Position numbers and translations under genes: made by a program | Source: Owenia fusiformis | Lineage: Eukaryota | NCBI GenBank assembly: GCA_903813345.2 | Contig: CAIIXF020000001.1 | Location: 49,228,001 to 49,292,000 of the forward strand | Direction: 5' to 3' | Length of the DNA: 64,000 nt | Shown here: piece after piece, positions 52,301 through 60,153 of the stretch | Layout: the number at the start of each line of letters is the position of its first letter | How positions within the stretch are numbered: the first letter of the stretch is position 1 | Notes under the pieces: generated by a model | Databases searched by the model: none | Told to the model about the DNA's origin: nothing | Seen by the model: only the letters and a program-made list of their open reading frames with translations

Positions 52301-54588
52301 TACTGTGAGAGATTTACCAGCAATAGAATTATACTTTTCCAGCAAAATGCTAAATTGATTCTTCTGGGCGGTAAAACCAATGTTATTACCAATAATGTTA
52401 TTTAATTCGAGTTACACGTTTGGGAAATGGGTTTCCCAATCACAATCAATAAATAACAAATAACAATACCGGTAATTTGCACCTGTCAAACCTTGTGTTT
52501 GTTTTTTCAAATACAATATATTGGGAATACAAACAACAAATCATTCTAATGTTTTACTTATTGCAAGTATTTTGTTTCATCAAGCATGAGTTGGTCACAT
52601 TGGACTTCAAATTAAAGCAGCATTAAAAAGGGTTCTATGAAGAATGGAAAAGGTTTCGAAAAGTATGCAGATGTTTCCCGTTTAGGTAGTAAGGAGTTTT
52701 CTTTCATCTTGACATGTATTTTCTAGACTGAAAAAAGAACCGTGGGTACTCGGCTCACGTGGTGAAACCCGCCATTTTGAAATGAGGCGCCATGTCAGAC
52801 AGACGGACGGAGTCTAACAAGAGTCTAACTAGTCGTTCATTTCTCCTAAGATGTCCTGTTAACCAGACACTTAGTAGCATGTTAGGACTGACAGATTAAG
52901 TACTTGCTGCCTTAACGCTTTTTGACGTGCAAAAGTCGTTTAAAAAGTTATCATGCCCCCTTCTAAGGATTCTAGAATTGTAATTTTATCGCTCTAGACG
53001 TAATATGTTTTGTATTGGCAGTGTGCATAATACGATTAGATGTAATCAGATCAGTAATAGCACATTTAGAACTGAAAATCAAGGTTGACATTGACCACGT
53101 CTTTCCCTCTCAAACATTACAAAAATCGGCGATCATTTTAAGAAATATCAATGGTACTCATACCCTTTCGTTTACCCCATATTCTTGACCCGATACCAGA
53201 AGAACACAAAACTGAAAACATTTATGGAAGTGTTGTTTGAATATTCAATCTTCGTTCAAATTGAAAGTTACAATCCGGGAAGATCTTACACATTCGTTGT
53301 GTAAGAATAAGGCAGTAAGTAACCTGTAAAACTGGGCATAAGACAATTTACAGACGGCATTGTGGAAAATAACGCAAGTCATGTATGAGATAAGATCCAC
53401 TCAGAAATCTCGAAGATTTCAGACTTCTCTTATGTATCGTTCATCCCAACAATCATCTAATGAGGTTAATTCTTCTATCTTTGGCGTGAAAGTGGAGGAC
53501 TTCAGACCACTCTCTCGTCTCCTTTTGTTTATAAAATGAGATACTGTTCCTGACATGGCACAATGAAATTATTCCAACGACAACCTATTATTCCATTGTG
53601 CTTCATTGTGCCATGTCAGGAACAGTATCTCATTTTATAAACAAAAGGAGACGAGAGAGTGGTTTGAAGTCTTCCCCTTTCACGACAAAGATAATAGAAT
53701 TAACCTAATTAGATGAATCTTTTCTTCGTCTTAGATATAATATTAAGTTTTCAATCTGACACTTACCTGACTCGCTCTGTCGATATTCACTGTCAGACCT
53801 GTCTCTGCAACATATCCAATAATCCCTTGGCCCCATGGAACTTTCACAACATTGTCTCCATAGTTACTTGGCAGGGTACTCGTACCTGCACACATATCAA
53901 ACACCTTTGATACAAGTTCGCTCTTTCCTTGCTTCTTTTCCACCAGAAATAAAGAGCTCCCCTGAGCATCTAATAGGATCTGAATATTGTTAACAATCTT
54001 TCCACTGAGATTTCTTAGATCTAGTTCATGGGAGATTTCTTTTACTATTTCTAAAAAGAATTCCTTTTCATTGAACCCACGAAGTTCTCTTTTGAACTCC
54101 TCATCCTTGCTAGCATATCTTGGTAAACGTATCTTAGATGAAATAAGCATGCTAAGCATGTTCACTGAAGTTGGCGGCAGTGAGAGGAACTGTCTCATCC
54201 CCTTTAAACTACTCCTCCGTTTTTCTATTGTAGACTCCACACTGGTGGACGTTGTGGTTGGATCAAAGGTTCTAAATGTATTTCGTGTTTTGGATCTGGC
54301 GTAATCATGTCTCAAATGTTTCTTTGAGTTGCTCCTCCTATGGGAAATATCCTTGTCAGAGAAGAAACCATTGTCTGTGACTGTTGGTGAGGCAGGACTT
54401 CCGCTGTCTCTGGACATAGAACCCCTTTTGCCTGAAACATACTCCTGTAGAGTATGAAACCCATGTGATATCAACCACTTGTTGATGAGTAAGATATCAG
54501 CTTTTTTCACAAAGTACTCCTGCATACACTCTGTATTTTTATCCAACCATTCTTGTACCTGGGCGAAATCTATACCTAGCGTCCCCAT
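1255..54588 (-). CDS. PDE11A: PDE11A-like dual cAMP/cGMP phosphodiesterase, whole spliced CDS span (19 exons, 886 aa)
   Basis: Manually assembled: complement(join(1255..1383,1609..1692,2018..2092,2733..2874,3144..3244,3441..3531,3657..3766,3983..4090,4590..4736,5331..5381,5924..6016,6573..6640,8166..8241,9147..9261,9803..9867,16376..16513,16921..17010,26589..26744,53767..54588)) = 2661 nt with all phases compatible. It has two GAF domains ([28 protein letters not shown]), catalytic motifs [23 protein letters not shown] and LMTSCD, and [10 protein letters not shown], whose Trp matches vertebrate PDE11A (LQLEWID) rather than PDE5 (MQVGFID). Orthology is from recognition of motifs, not from a tree. 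Confidence 0.9.
1609..1692 (-). CDS. PDE11A: PDE11A-like exon 18 (invariant Gln)
   Basis: [33 protein letters not shown]| and |GTAAC. Confidence 0.94.
2018..2092 (-). CDS. PDE11A: PDE11A-like exon 17
   Basis: [31 protein letters not shown]| and |GTAAC. Confidence 0.95.
2733..2874 (-). CDS. PDE11A: PDE11A-like exon 16
   Basis: [53 protein letters not shown]| and |GTATG. Confidence 0.95.
3144..3244 (-). CDS. PDE11A: PDE11A-like exon 15
   Basis: [33 protein letters not shown](Q); TTTTAG| and |GTAAG. Confidence 0.95.
3314..3475. repeat. 54-bp tandem repeat (3 copies) that includes the exon 14 end and splice donor
   Basis: Units start at 3314, 3368 and 3422: GTTGGTTTCAAATACTCACCCCACTGTTCAGGATCATGATTGTATGC... 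Confidence 0.9.
3441..3531 (-). CDS. PDE11A: PDE11A-like exon 14
   Basis: [36 protein letters not shown]| and |GTGAG. Confidence 0.95.
3657..3766 (-). CDS. PDE11A: PDE11A-like exon 13 (HD motif)
   Basis: [36 protein letters not shown](K); TTTTCAG| and |GTGAG. Confidence 0.96.
3983..4090 (-). CDS. PDE11A: PDE11A-like exon 12 (YHN motif)
   Basis: [42 protein letters not shown]| and |GTGAG. Confidence 0.96.
4590..4736 (-). CDS. PDE11A: PDE11A-like exon 11 (start of catalytic domain)
   Basis: [55 protein letters not shown]| and |GTGAG. Confidence 0.92.
4752..4905. repeat. 20-bp minisatellite (~7 copies)
   Basis: AAAGTACAGTAAATGATAAC/G units next to the exon 11 acceptor. Confidence 0.9.
5331..5381 (-). 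CDS. PDE11A: PDE11A-like exon 10
   Basis: [22 protein letters not shown]| and |GTGAG. Confidence 0.92.
5510..5910. repeat. ~30-bp minisatellite (~13 copies)
   Basis: GCTAAGTGGCATACTTCAATCATGGTGAGT units. Confidence 0.9.
5924..6016 (-). CDS. PDE11A: PDE11A-like exon 9
   Basis: [37 protein letters not shown]| and |GTATA. Confidence 0.93.
6134..6530. repeat. ~50-bp tandem repeat (~8 copies)
   Basis: GAACATGTAATGTTCAATGACTTTATGAATTAAAGTACATTACAATACCA units, near identical. Confidence 0.93.
6573..6640 (-). CDS. PDE11A: PDE11A-like exon 8
   Basis: (G)[26 protein letters not shown]| and |GTAAG. Confidence 0.93.
6762..7936 (+). mobile_element. Helentron-type non-autonomous element (HINE/DINE-1-like) with internal ~125-180-bp tandem array
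   Basis: 5' hairpin TATGTCACCACC-AAAA-GTGGTGACATA, GGCGTCC-type short repeats, ~7 GACCTT/AAGGTC-rich units, 3' subterminal GGTGGTGACAT and CTTGTT end. Confidence 0.75.
8166..8241 (-). CDS. PDE11A: PDE11A-like exon 7
   Basis: [25 protein letters not shown](G); TTTTAG| and |GTAAG. Confidence 0.9.
8630..9140. repeat. ~60-bp tandem repeat (~8 copies) abutting the exon 6 donor
   Basis: CAATGACTATGGTGCAAGACTTATTGATAGGATGCAATACTATCACCATTGATCAAAGGT units. Confidence 0.9.
9147..9261 (-). CDS. PDE11A: PDE11A-like exon 6 (3' end at 9147 with GC donor, or at 9143 with GT donor)
   Basis: (S)[44 protein letters not shown]| acceptor; donor region CAG|GCAG|GTGCC. Confidence 0.88.
9431..9586. mobile_element. 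pogo/Tigger-like MITE
   Basis: TA|CAGTAAAACCTGT...ACAGGTTTTACTG|TA; a related degenerate copy lies near 4899-5058. Confidence 0.8.
9803..9867 (-). CDS. PDE11A: PDE11A-like exon 5
   Basis: [21 protein letters not shown] plus AG (phase 0/2); TTTTTCAG| and |GTAGG; phase joins exons 4 and 6. Confidence 0.85.
10118..10502. mobile_element. CAC-terminal palindromic MITE, diverged relative of 56166-57067
   Basis: CACGGGATGCCAACTACGAC...GTCGTAGTTGGGACCTCGTG; flanks GTAAT/ATAAT (5-bp TSD with 1 mismatch); shares the CTGGGGACC...AAAGCAATG...GAAAGG internal block with 56166-57067. Confidence 0.75.
11091..12640. repeat. Satellite-like tandem repeat, ~310-340-bp unit, ~4 diverged copies
   Basis: Recurring CCAATTGTTTTGATATGTTTAAATGATAAAAC...TTACTTATTATTGAGGGGTTTAACAGGGG blocks (e.g. 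11113, 11452, 11762). Confidence 0.88.
13077..13740 (-). mobile_element. Helentron-type non-autonomous element (reverse orientation)
   Basis: AAACTAG start, duplicated internal units with AAAATGGCCGCC motifs, (GGAC/GTAC)n microsatellite and terminal CGAACTTCGTTC hairpin. Confidence 0.6.
14903..15382. mobile_element. Palindromic MITE, probably CAC-terminal with a deleted left end
   Basis: Arms AAAATGGATGAACTTCCTGG / CCAGGAAGTTCATCCATTTT and CGCTTTTGTTACATTGACGAAAGTC / GACTTTCGTCAATGTAACAAAAGCG; right end GGAACAGTG|TAAAT, left TAAAC|CAC. Confidence 0.6.
16376..16513 (-). CDS. PDE11A: PDE11A-like exon 4 (start of GAF-B)
   Basis: [51 protein letters not shown]| and |GTAAC. Confidence 0.95.
16921..17010 (-). 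CDS. PDE11A: PDE11A-like exon 3
   Basis: [36 protein letters not shown]| and |GTAAG. Confidence 0.95.
19330..19848. mobile_element. CAC-terminal MITE (CACACCGG family), copy 1
   Basis: ~70-bp TIR CACACCGGAATAGCCTGAC...; perfect 5-bp TSD TACAT. Confidence 0.92.
21500..21946. mobile_element. MITE with 3-bp TAA TSD (PIF/Harbinger-like or Chapaev3-like)
   Basis: TAA|CACCCCAGTCACATTT...AAATGTGACTGGGGTG|TAA; GC-rich CTACGGCGACC subterminal repeats. Confidence 0.8.
23083..23975. mobile_element. ~890-bp palindromic CAC-terminal MITE (CACCCTTGG family), copy 1
   Basis: ~408-bp inverted arms, central loop with two 37-bp direct repeats, 5-bp TSD ATACT. Confidence 0.95.
24000..24889. mobile_element. 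~890-bp palindromic CAC-terminal MITE (CACCCTTGG family), copy 2
   Basis: Near identical to 23083-23975; flanks CATAAA / CATATA, so no clean TSD. Confidence 0.95.
25095..25490. repeat. Degenerate tandem repeat
   Basis: Recurring CTGTTAAAAATGACATCACAAACAGAAC...CTGTTCATATATTATCACA units; a further unit near 23055-23999 is split by the palindromic MITEs. Confidence 0.8.
26589..26744 (-). CDS. PDE11A: PDE11A-like exon 2 (GAF-A second half)
   Basis: [58 protein letters not shown]| acceptor, |GTGAG donor, phase 0/0. Confidence 0.95.
26933..27545. mobile_element. Tc1/mariner-type MITE
   Basis: TA|CAGGGTGTCAAATAAGTCCCGTCCCCC...GGGGGACGGGACTTATTTGACACCCTG|TA; inserted in a tandem repeat. Confidence 0.92.
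27546..27812. repeat. ~70-bp tandem repeat resembling the exon 2 acceptor junction (continues at 26878-26932 on the other side of the MITE)
   Basis: ATAATCATAAATGCCAATTTCATTCATTGTAACTGGAGTTCTGAACCACAGAAAATACGACATT units. Confidence 0.85.
28276..28642 (-). mobile_element. 5'-truncated non-LTR retrotransposon 3' end (RTEX/L2-like)
   Basis: [31 protein letters not shown]-terminal Cys/His motif, then AATAAA and a (CTTAT)n tail. Confidence 0.8.
28716..29362. repeat. 55-bp tandem repeat (~12 copies) with a higher-order 5-unit period
   Basis: GAAGATTCGAAATCCTGAATATGTGATTGCAAACAAGATTGTAGTAGTATTGATA; a 54-bp variant recurs 274 bp apart. Confidence 0.95.
30146..30765 (-). mobile_element. Internally deleted Tc1/mariner element with transposase remnant
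   Basis: TA TSD; long TIRs (GTGTCCAAAAAAC...CCGTAAGAAAGTTGAATAAC); minus-strand remnant [22 protein letters not shown] resembles the WPxxSPDLNPxDFxLWG motif. Confidence 0.85.
32087..32900 (-). mobile_element. Decayed Tc1/mariner transposase remnant (boundaries uncertain)
   Basis: TA|CAGGATGGTCCAAAA end; minus-strand [11 protein letters not shown] at ~32581-32616 resembles the second catalytic-Asp motif. Confidence 0.5.
35431..35788. mobile_element. Unclassified interspersed repeat with internal palindrome (intact copy; second copy at 48444-51250 is interrupted)
   Basis: ATATAGACCAAAGAGCAGGGTT..CTAGTTTCGAATAACAC / GTGTTATTCGAAACTAGTAACCCTGCTCTGAGGTCTATAT around CCCGAACGACCGAAGGGAG. Confidence 0.8.
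37905..38096. mobile_element. Short MITE with CCC termini and apparent 5-bp TSD
   Basis: CCTGA|CCCAAGGAGGATTGG...CCAATCCTCCTTGGG|CCTGA. Confidence 0.7.
38430..39190. repeat. Old, diverged long inverted repeat (foldback element remnant)
   Basis: Arms such as CTCTCAATATTGTAATTGTACAAAGGAAATCTTGGTTGATTTAAAAA / TTTTTAAAATCAACCAAAAATTCCTTTGTATAACTATAATATTGAGAG and GTATCGATATGGA / TCCATATCGATAC. Confidence 0.7.
40644..42983. mobile_element. Non-autonomous hAT-like DNA element with 6-bp TSD and internal ~300-bp tandem array
   Basis: TATAGT|CAGGGCCGTCAGA...TCTTACGGGCCTG|TATAGT; ACCGCACCCCCCTTG near both ends; ~6 TCTCAGACACTTTTAAAGTGCCCTGACATCATC units inside. Confidence 0.75.
43995..45690. repeat. 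122-bp tandem repeat (~14 copies, with deletion variants)
   Basis: AAACAGATGAG...GTCCTTAACTCAAAT...GTGGCACCATATGTGCGTTTGACATGAAAATACGAGCC units at 44002, 44124, 44246 etc. Confidence 0.95.
46682..47145. mobile_element. Fragment related to the 21500-21946 MITE
   Basis: GTTATAACTCCAAGTTATAATTTCTAC...GGCCTGTAAAAA matches 21773-21825; TTTCTGCGG/CTACGG motifs. Confidence 0.6.
48703..50696 (-). mobile_element. 5'-truncated non-LTR retrotransposon (RTEX/L2-like ORF2: RT C-terminal part and Cys/His domain), interrupted by a MITE
   Basis: [10 protein letters not shown]...[13 protein letters not shown] / [10 protein letters not shown]...INTDKTKVM...YHYLGIDI...LEIETGRW...CRQC...DEFHFLFKC; (TAAAA)n tail at 48703-48735. 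Confidence 0.92.
50021..50556. mobile_element. CAC-terminal palindromic MITE (CACTGGTG family) inserted in the LINE RT domain
   Basis: CACTGGTGATCCACTCGATTACGCTGGTTACCAAAACG...; arms ~250 bp; perfect 5-bp TSD TACTC. Confidence 0.95.
50693..51189. mobile_element. Right half of a third CACCCTTGG-family palindrome
   Basis: Central loop plus right arm, near identical to ~24393-24889; ends TATACCAAGGGTG. Confidence 0.93.
53454..53715. repeat. Inverted repeat / small MITE, ~115-bp arms, ~50 nt into intron 1
   Basis: CTCTCTCGTCTCCTTTTGTTTATAAAATGAGATACTGTTCCTGACATGGCACAATGAA and its exact reverse complement, with an ~34-nt loop. Confidence 0.88.
53767..54588 (-). CDS. PDE11A: PDE11A-like coding exon 1 (N-terminus and first half of GAF-A)
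   Basis: [16 protein letters not shown]...[14 protein letters not shown]...[23 protein letters not shown]; donor CAG|GTAAGT at 53766. The first in-frame ATG is at 54588 (the ORF track start at 54615 is GTG). Candidate upstream acceptor TTTTCAG at 54701. Confidence 0.9.
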
Positions 54589-54827
54589 GACTGATGCTAA
54601 AGCTACCCGATGCACGTATAGCGTACACTGCTATGCTACCTGTACTCCGAATCAATTGCCTGTTGAAACCGCCGAGAAAAGCATATCGAATACTCTCATG
54701 CTGAAAATACAATAATGAACTACTTTAGTGTATTATATTGATACAATAAAGTATAGTAATTAAATGCATTACAAATTACATTAATGGCGCAGGAATACAG
54801 AGATGTATCATGAGAGCGTTACAAGTT

Positions 54828-55271
54828 CACACCGGAATAGCCTGACAACGGTAAAGTCAGATACCGTTTTCACAAATGGCGAACATAACTGTCGCTTCAA
54901 TTAGATTTTCATGAGCTGTATGTTTTATGAAACACCTAGACTAAATTCCTTTGGAACAACAAACAATCAAAGTGTCTTTGTACAGTTAATTATGTTCTAC
55001 CATCGAAATAAAGTCTTTAATTTAACCCATGATTCAGATTCCGTTGTCATTGATGATATCGAAGACGCTATATTGTGGCTATTCACGACCCAATTTGAAA
55101 TTGGGATTTCATTTAATACATCATCACAAGAGCTTAATACATGCACAGCATTAGCGACGATAAAATCCCATGAAATGAGGACCAAGTGATTATAGAATTA
55201 AGGCGACGGTTGTGTCCGCCATTTGTGACAACGGTATCTGACTTTAACCCTCGTCAGGCTATTCCGGTGTG
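54828..55271. mobile_element. CAC-terminal MITE (CACACCGG family), copy 2
   Basis: Homologous to 19330-19848; perfect 5-bp TSD AAGTT. Confidence 0.92.
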
Positions 55272-56165
55272 AAGTTGATTTTATGAAGCTGTAGTGTTCT
55301 GGGTACTTGCGCTCTTTGAGAGGCAAAAATAAGAGTAACAGAACTAAGTTGGTTCGTTGTTGGCTATATAATATGATGACGTAATTCTATTATAAATTAC
55401 ATAATGTTATTTAACAATACATTTGCCGATAGGACTAACAACCGCCAATAGCTGACTACGGCAGCTAGCCCAAACAAATGTGAATTCAGGTGTTGTTGAA
55501 AGGTGCTTATTGTTAAAAACATCCAATAAAGTTTTGACTTTACGATGATGATGCTTTGACAGGAATATATTATGTAGTATATTGTTATCCGGCAAAAAGT
55601 TTTAAAAATATAGATATCCCTTTTTCAATTGTAATAAATGTGGACATGTCTGCATCGATGTTATCGATAGCTTCTGTTGTACATGTTCTAATATCTTTTC
55701 TGTCACAGGCACACTCCGATCTATTCTTGTTGTCACTTTAAAATGTCCACCTTCATTATACGAATCTTCAATCTTGAGGAGGGGAATGTCAGACATGTTG
55801 GACAACTATTCCCACAGAAATAGTATTCTGTTAAAATCTTTAATTGGTGACCAAGGAGTATGGATCTTTGTATTTTAATTCTATTTCGATTATTTACTAT
55901 CTATATCCAGTTTTGCGACAAAGGGAATTTTCGATGTTATTTTGTTTCATTAATTTATTAGGAATATACAAGTATAGAACTGCTACCTAGCGCCAGTGGC
56001 ATTATAGGCTAGCATTATTAGGAAAATTCCAAAAAGGTATTTTCGATGAGAACCACTTTAAGAATACCATGGTGCAAAATTTTTTGTTCAGCCGTGCAAA
56101 ACTGGCACAGTTCTGATTTTGAAAGTGAATAACTTATTAATAAAGAAAATCTAAAGACACACAAT

Positions 56166-57067
56166 CACGCGGTCCTAACTCTCCGGGGCGTATCGAAACC
56201 AAAACGCCCCGCAAAACCGTTAATTAGAATTTCAAATCTACCCTGTATTTGGAAAATCGATGATTGTGAGTCTCACACAACACCGTTTTTCTTCAAACTT
56301 GTTTCATTAAAACCTTCACAGAAATACCTTTCAGTCGAGACATTGCCTTTGTTTACAAAGTCCCTCGTTTTAGCGGCATTTTGGTCCCCAGTAACCAAAC
56401 TCGTCTGGCCCAGTTATCTACTCTCCGATTCTGAAATGCCGTACGTGGATCTAGGGCCAGACGAGGTCCAATGCAAAAAAGGAGGGACTTACTCCGGAAA
56501 AACATGTCGCTGAGCTCCATGTAAACCCAAGTATTTATTTGAAATAAAGAGTATATAACTTACACGTAAAAGTGGTGTTTTGTTTGTTATATTGATGTTG
56601 AAATGGACACAACATTCGTCAATATTTTCGTTTTGGAAGAGAACGGGGCGTTTTGATCAATTTCGAACAGATGCGTAGGACTTTTGGAAATTTGTGCGTC
56701 TAATGTAATTAAATATGTTGATGCAGAGATGGAGGGTTGTACTGGGAGTCCGTGTGCAAAATATAGGGGAGAACAATAAAAGAACTGGTGATATATCGAG
56801 GCTTTTGGTTGAAATCTCTGAAGATTTGCATCTTCTCACATCTGGGGACCAAAACGCCTCTAAAACGAGTGACTCTGTACACAAAAGCAATGTCTCGACT
56901 GAAAGGTATTTCTGTGAAGGTTTTAATGGAACAAATTTGAAGAAAAATGGTGTACTATGAGACTCACAATCATTGATTTTCCAAAGAAAGGGTAGGTTTG
57001 AAATTCAAATTAACGGTTTTGCGGGGCGTTTTGGTTTCGATACGCCCCGGTGAGTTAGTACCGCGTG
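56166..57067. mobile_element. CAC-terminal palindromic MITE (CACGCGGT family)
   Basis: TIRs over 200 bp (CACGCGGT.CTAACTC.CCGGGGCGTATCGAAACCAAAACGCCCCGC...); perfect 5-bp TSD ACAAT. Confidence 0.92.
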
Positions 57068-58137
57068 ACAATTCGGAATCGATTCCATGGGACTAATCCT
57101 ACCCCAGTTCCCAACGGCTGATTTCATTACTTTTTCAATGAACATTGAACAAGAAGGCTGACCTTTGCTTGAAAATGAGTTATCGATTCGGAATCTTGTC
57201 ATCAATCGTTTCATCTGTAGCCCAGAGTGTAAGATCTATAGATTGACCATCAATCACAGTCTACCGTACTATTGTTGGCATCGTCTTATCAGCGACATTT
57301 GCCAACTATCAACTGTCTATAAATCTGTTTGCGTTGATGCCATTCATTTGTCAAGAAATCACGATATGTAAAGATAGACTGTAGGGGAAAGGTATACATT
57401 CTGTCACACACGCTGTAGTTAACAAGGAAAGTCAGTCTTGTTGGAACACTTTGAAGGAGATATCAATAACATCTGTTTAATGATATGTCTAAAAGTTTCC
57501 GGAATAATGTCTTAGATAAAATAACTTGCAATACTATACTAATAAAGATAACGATTCAAGGAGCAGTTTTTCATTGCATGTATCTTACGTGTATATCATA
57601 ATTAAGGTAGTTACACACTGACGGTTCCAAATCCGGATCCGTGTCATAACTGCAGCAATGATTCGACAAGTGTTATTAACAACATTGTAATTGCATTCAG
57701 AACTCTAATTAAATCTACTGGCCTAGTCGCGGATGAGGAGTATTCAAATCGGTCTGACAAAATAAAACTACACCTACCCATTTTTTATAATAAAAGGCGC
57801 TTTTATTGTTAATTCCTTGTTTTGCTTGACTCATTCCGGTCAGATAGCATGGCGGGTAAAGTAGAAGGTTCCCTTTAACTTAAATATTCATCAGTTTTAG
57901 TGATTCAATTTCGTATCACAGTATCACCCTTATATATGTAACAGTTTAGGCAAGTTAAAATATGTCCAGTAAAAGAAAATATTATTTGTCCAATACAATA
58001 AAATATATTTTTGTGATTTTATAACATGGGGTCTCTGGTGAATCTCTCAGAACTAGAAGTCACATTTTCAAAAAATTAAACTTTCAAAGTTGAGAAACAA
58101 TTTTCGAAACCATATTTCTAGATGTACTTTAACATAT

Positions 58138-58388
58138 GAGCCTGGCCATAGGAAAACCGGTCTTATCACAAAAATTAAAATTGTGCTACAGAGCCCAAAA
58201 TGTGCCCACGATTAAGAGAAAAATGTGCAAAATTTAAATCCGACTTTTTGGTCTATATATGCAAGGAAAAATTGTTAGGACATAAGCCATGGCTCATTTG
58301 AAAGGTTTCTTTGTGCTTTTTAAGATAAACAAAAAATCAGAATATTTTAAAAATCTGTGGTAAGACCCCTTTTCCTGTGGCCTGGCTC
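58138..58388. mobile_element. Sola2-like MITE
   Basis: ATAT|GAGCCTGGCCATAGGAAAA...TTTTCCTGTGGCCCTGGCTC|ATAT: GAG termini with 4-bp TSD. Confidence 0.7.
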
Positions 58389-59211
58389 ATATAGATTTCA
58401 AATATGACCACGTTGACTGAATTTTCAGTGACGTAAATCAAGATTATTTCTACAAATTAGACATAATTGTCTAATTAAGTGCTGGATAGAGATTTAATCA
58501 AATTATTGTCTTATGATGGACACTGTACCTTTAACTGAAGCTAGCTAGGCACAAATGAGGGAACTGACAATATGTGCACTTCGTACCTTCAACCGATTAG
58601 TATTTTTTTGATTTGTTTGCATAAGATTATTGGTTCAAGGTAATAAGTTTACTATTCTCATCACTCTTAAGACTCTCTTTGTAGAAAACAATATATCATT
58701 TTAGTATTGGCTCATTTACTTAACGTCTACAGCTTCTTGACAGGAGTAGTGTTCTTCATGGAATATTAAGGACTTCAACTTCAATCAAATATTTCATTTA
58801 ATTATAGATAAAACAGTACATAGCCTAATTGCAATGTCCTATTACAAACTGCATTAATGCTATATACTATTACTCTGGCTTGATTAAGGGCATTCACTTC
58901 AAAGGCAGAGGACAGTAGGTTTATCAAAGGAGCTTTATACGATAGGCTTGGGATAGCTTATCAAATGATAATTCACAATATTCTTAAGCTAATTTTGTAA
59001 TAACATTATTTCATAATAATTTTATGTTTTTGATTTCATGACTATGATTATGTCATCTTTTTCAAAAATGATCGGTGAGTTTTGACCATTCTGCATCTTG
59101 TAATCTTCAACTTCAATATATCTATCCTTGATTTTACGCCAATCGAACGTAGAGTTCTTTGTCATTGTCCAGCTTCAATCATATTGAACGGGAAAGAAGG
59201 TATTCCCTGTA

Positions 59212-60153
59212 CAGGGCGTATCAAAAAAACGCAACAAGTAGTTATCTCGTAAAATCACAAAACTAGTGATGACTACATCAATTTCATTTAATGTACCATA
59301 GAGCCATGTCTCTCCTCTTTGCAATGATATGTCATTCATTCACATGTGGTAATGGTTGGGTGAGAAATCCTTCCAAAATCGGGTCAAAATCGGCTCTGCG
59401 CCAAGTTTTAGATATTGAAAAAATCAGTGCAAGGGCTAAGTGCCAATGGAAGTTCCCCTGACTTGAATTGTTGTGACTTTTTCTTTTGGAGCTATCTCAG
59501 GAGCATCTGTGCTCACAATTCCTCCACCAGACATTGCAAAACCTCGAGAAAGATTTGCCCATGGGCTGCTTTTCTTTGCTTTAACCCACACATGATTCAG
59601 GGCTGAACCATGCATGATGTGGACAGATGAGCGCATCTTTATGTGCAAGGAAGTGGTGGCAATTTGGAGGGGTATAGGATGTATTCTTGCAAGAGTATGA
59701 GTATGAACACTTTACTGTCTATGTAACACCTGTCACACCTCCTTCCAATAGCCCCTATGCCCCTTGTACTGACTTTTGCAATGTTTCGGCCAGAGATGAC
59801 TCCCTGTGAATGAATGATATTCCATTGCAAAGAGGAGTAATTTGGCTTTTTTGGTACATTGAATTAAAAGGATGCAGTCAGCATTGATTTTATGTTTTCG
59901 TCCAATATTGCATTGGGCTCCGTACACTGACTTTTGCAATGTTTATAACTTGGCCCGAAGCTAATTTTGGCCCACTTTGAAAATGGAATGATTAGGCTTA
60001 CTCACCCAACCATGACCAAATATCAATGAATGATATATCATTGTAAAGAGGAGACACATGGCTTTATGGTGCATTGAATGAAATCAATGCTGTTATCACT
60101 AGTTTTGTGCTTTTTCAAGATAACAATCTGTTGCGTTTTTTTTATACGCACTG
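59212..60153 (+). mobile_element. Internally deleted Tc1/mariner element with transposase remnant
   Basis: TA TSD; long imperfect TIRs (CAG.GCGTAT.AAAAAAACGCAAC); SSPDLNCCDFFFWSYLRS remnant at ~59450-59505. Confidence 0.85.

Noticed and set aside
54589..54615. N-terminal extension MHRVALASV from the ORF track
   Set aside because: It starts at GTG, which is not a normal eukaryotic start; the first in-frame ATG is at 54588.
53987..54715. Plus-strand ORFs over PDE exon 1 (also 3659-3853, 5943-6149, 16960-17355)
   Set aside because: Antisense shadows of real exons with no independent coding signal.
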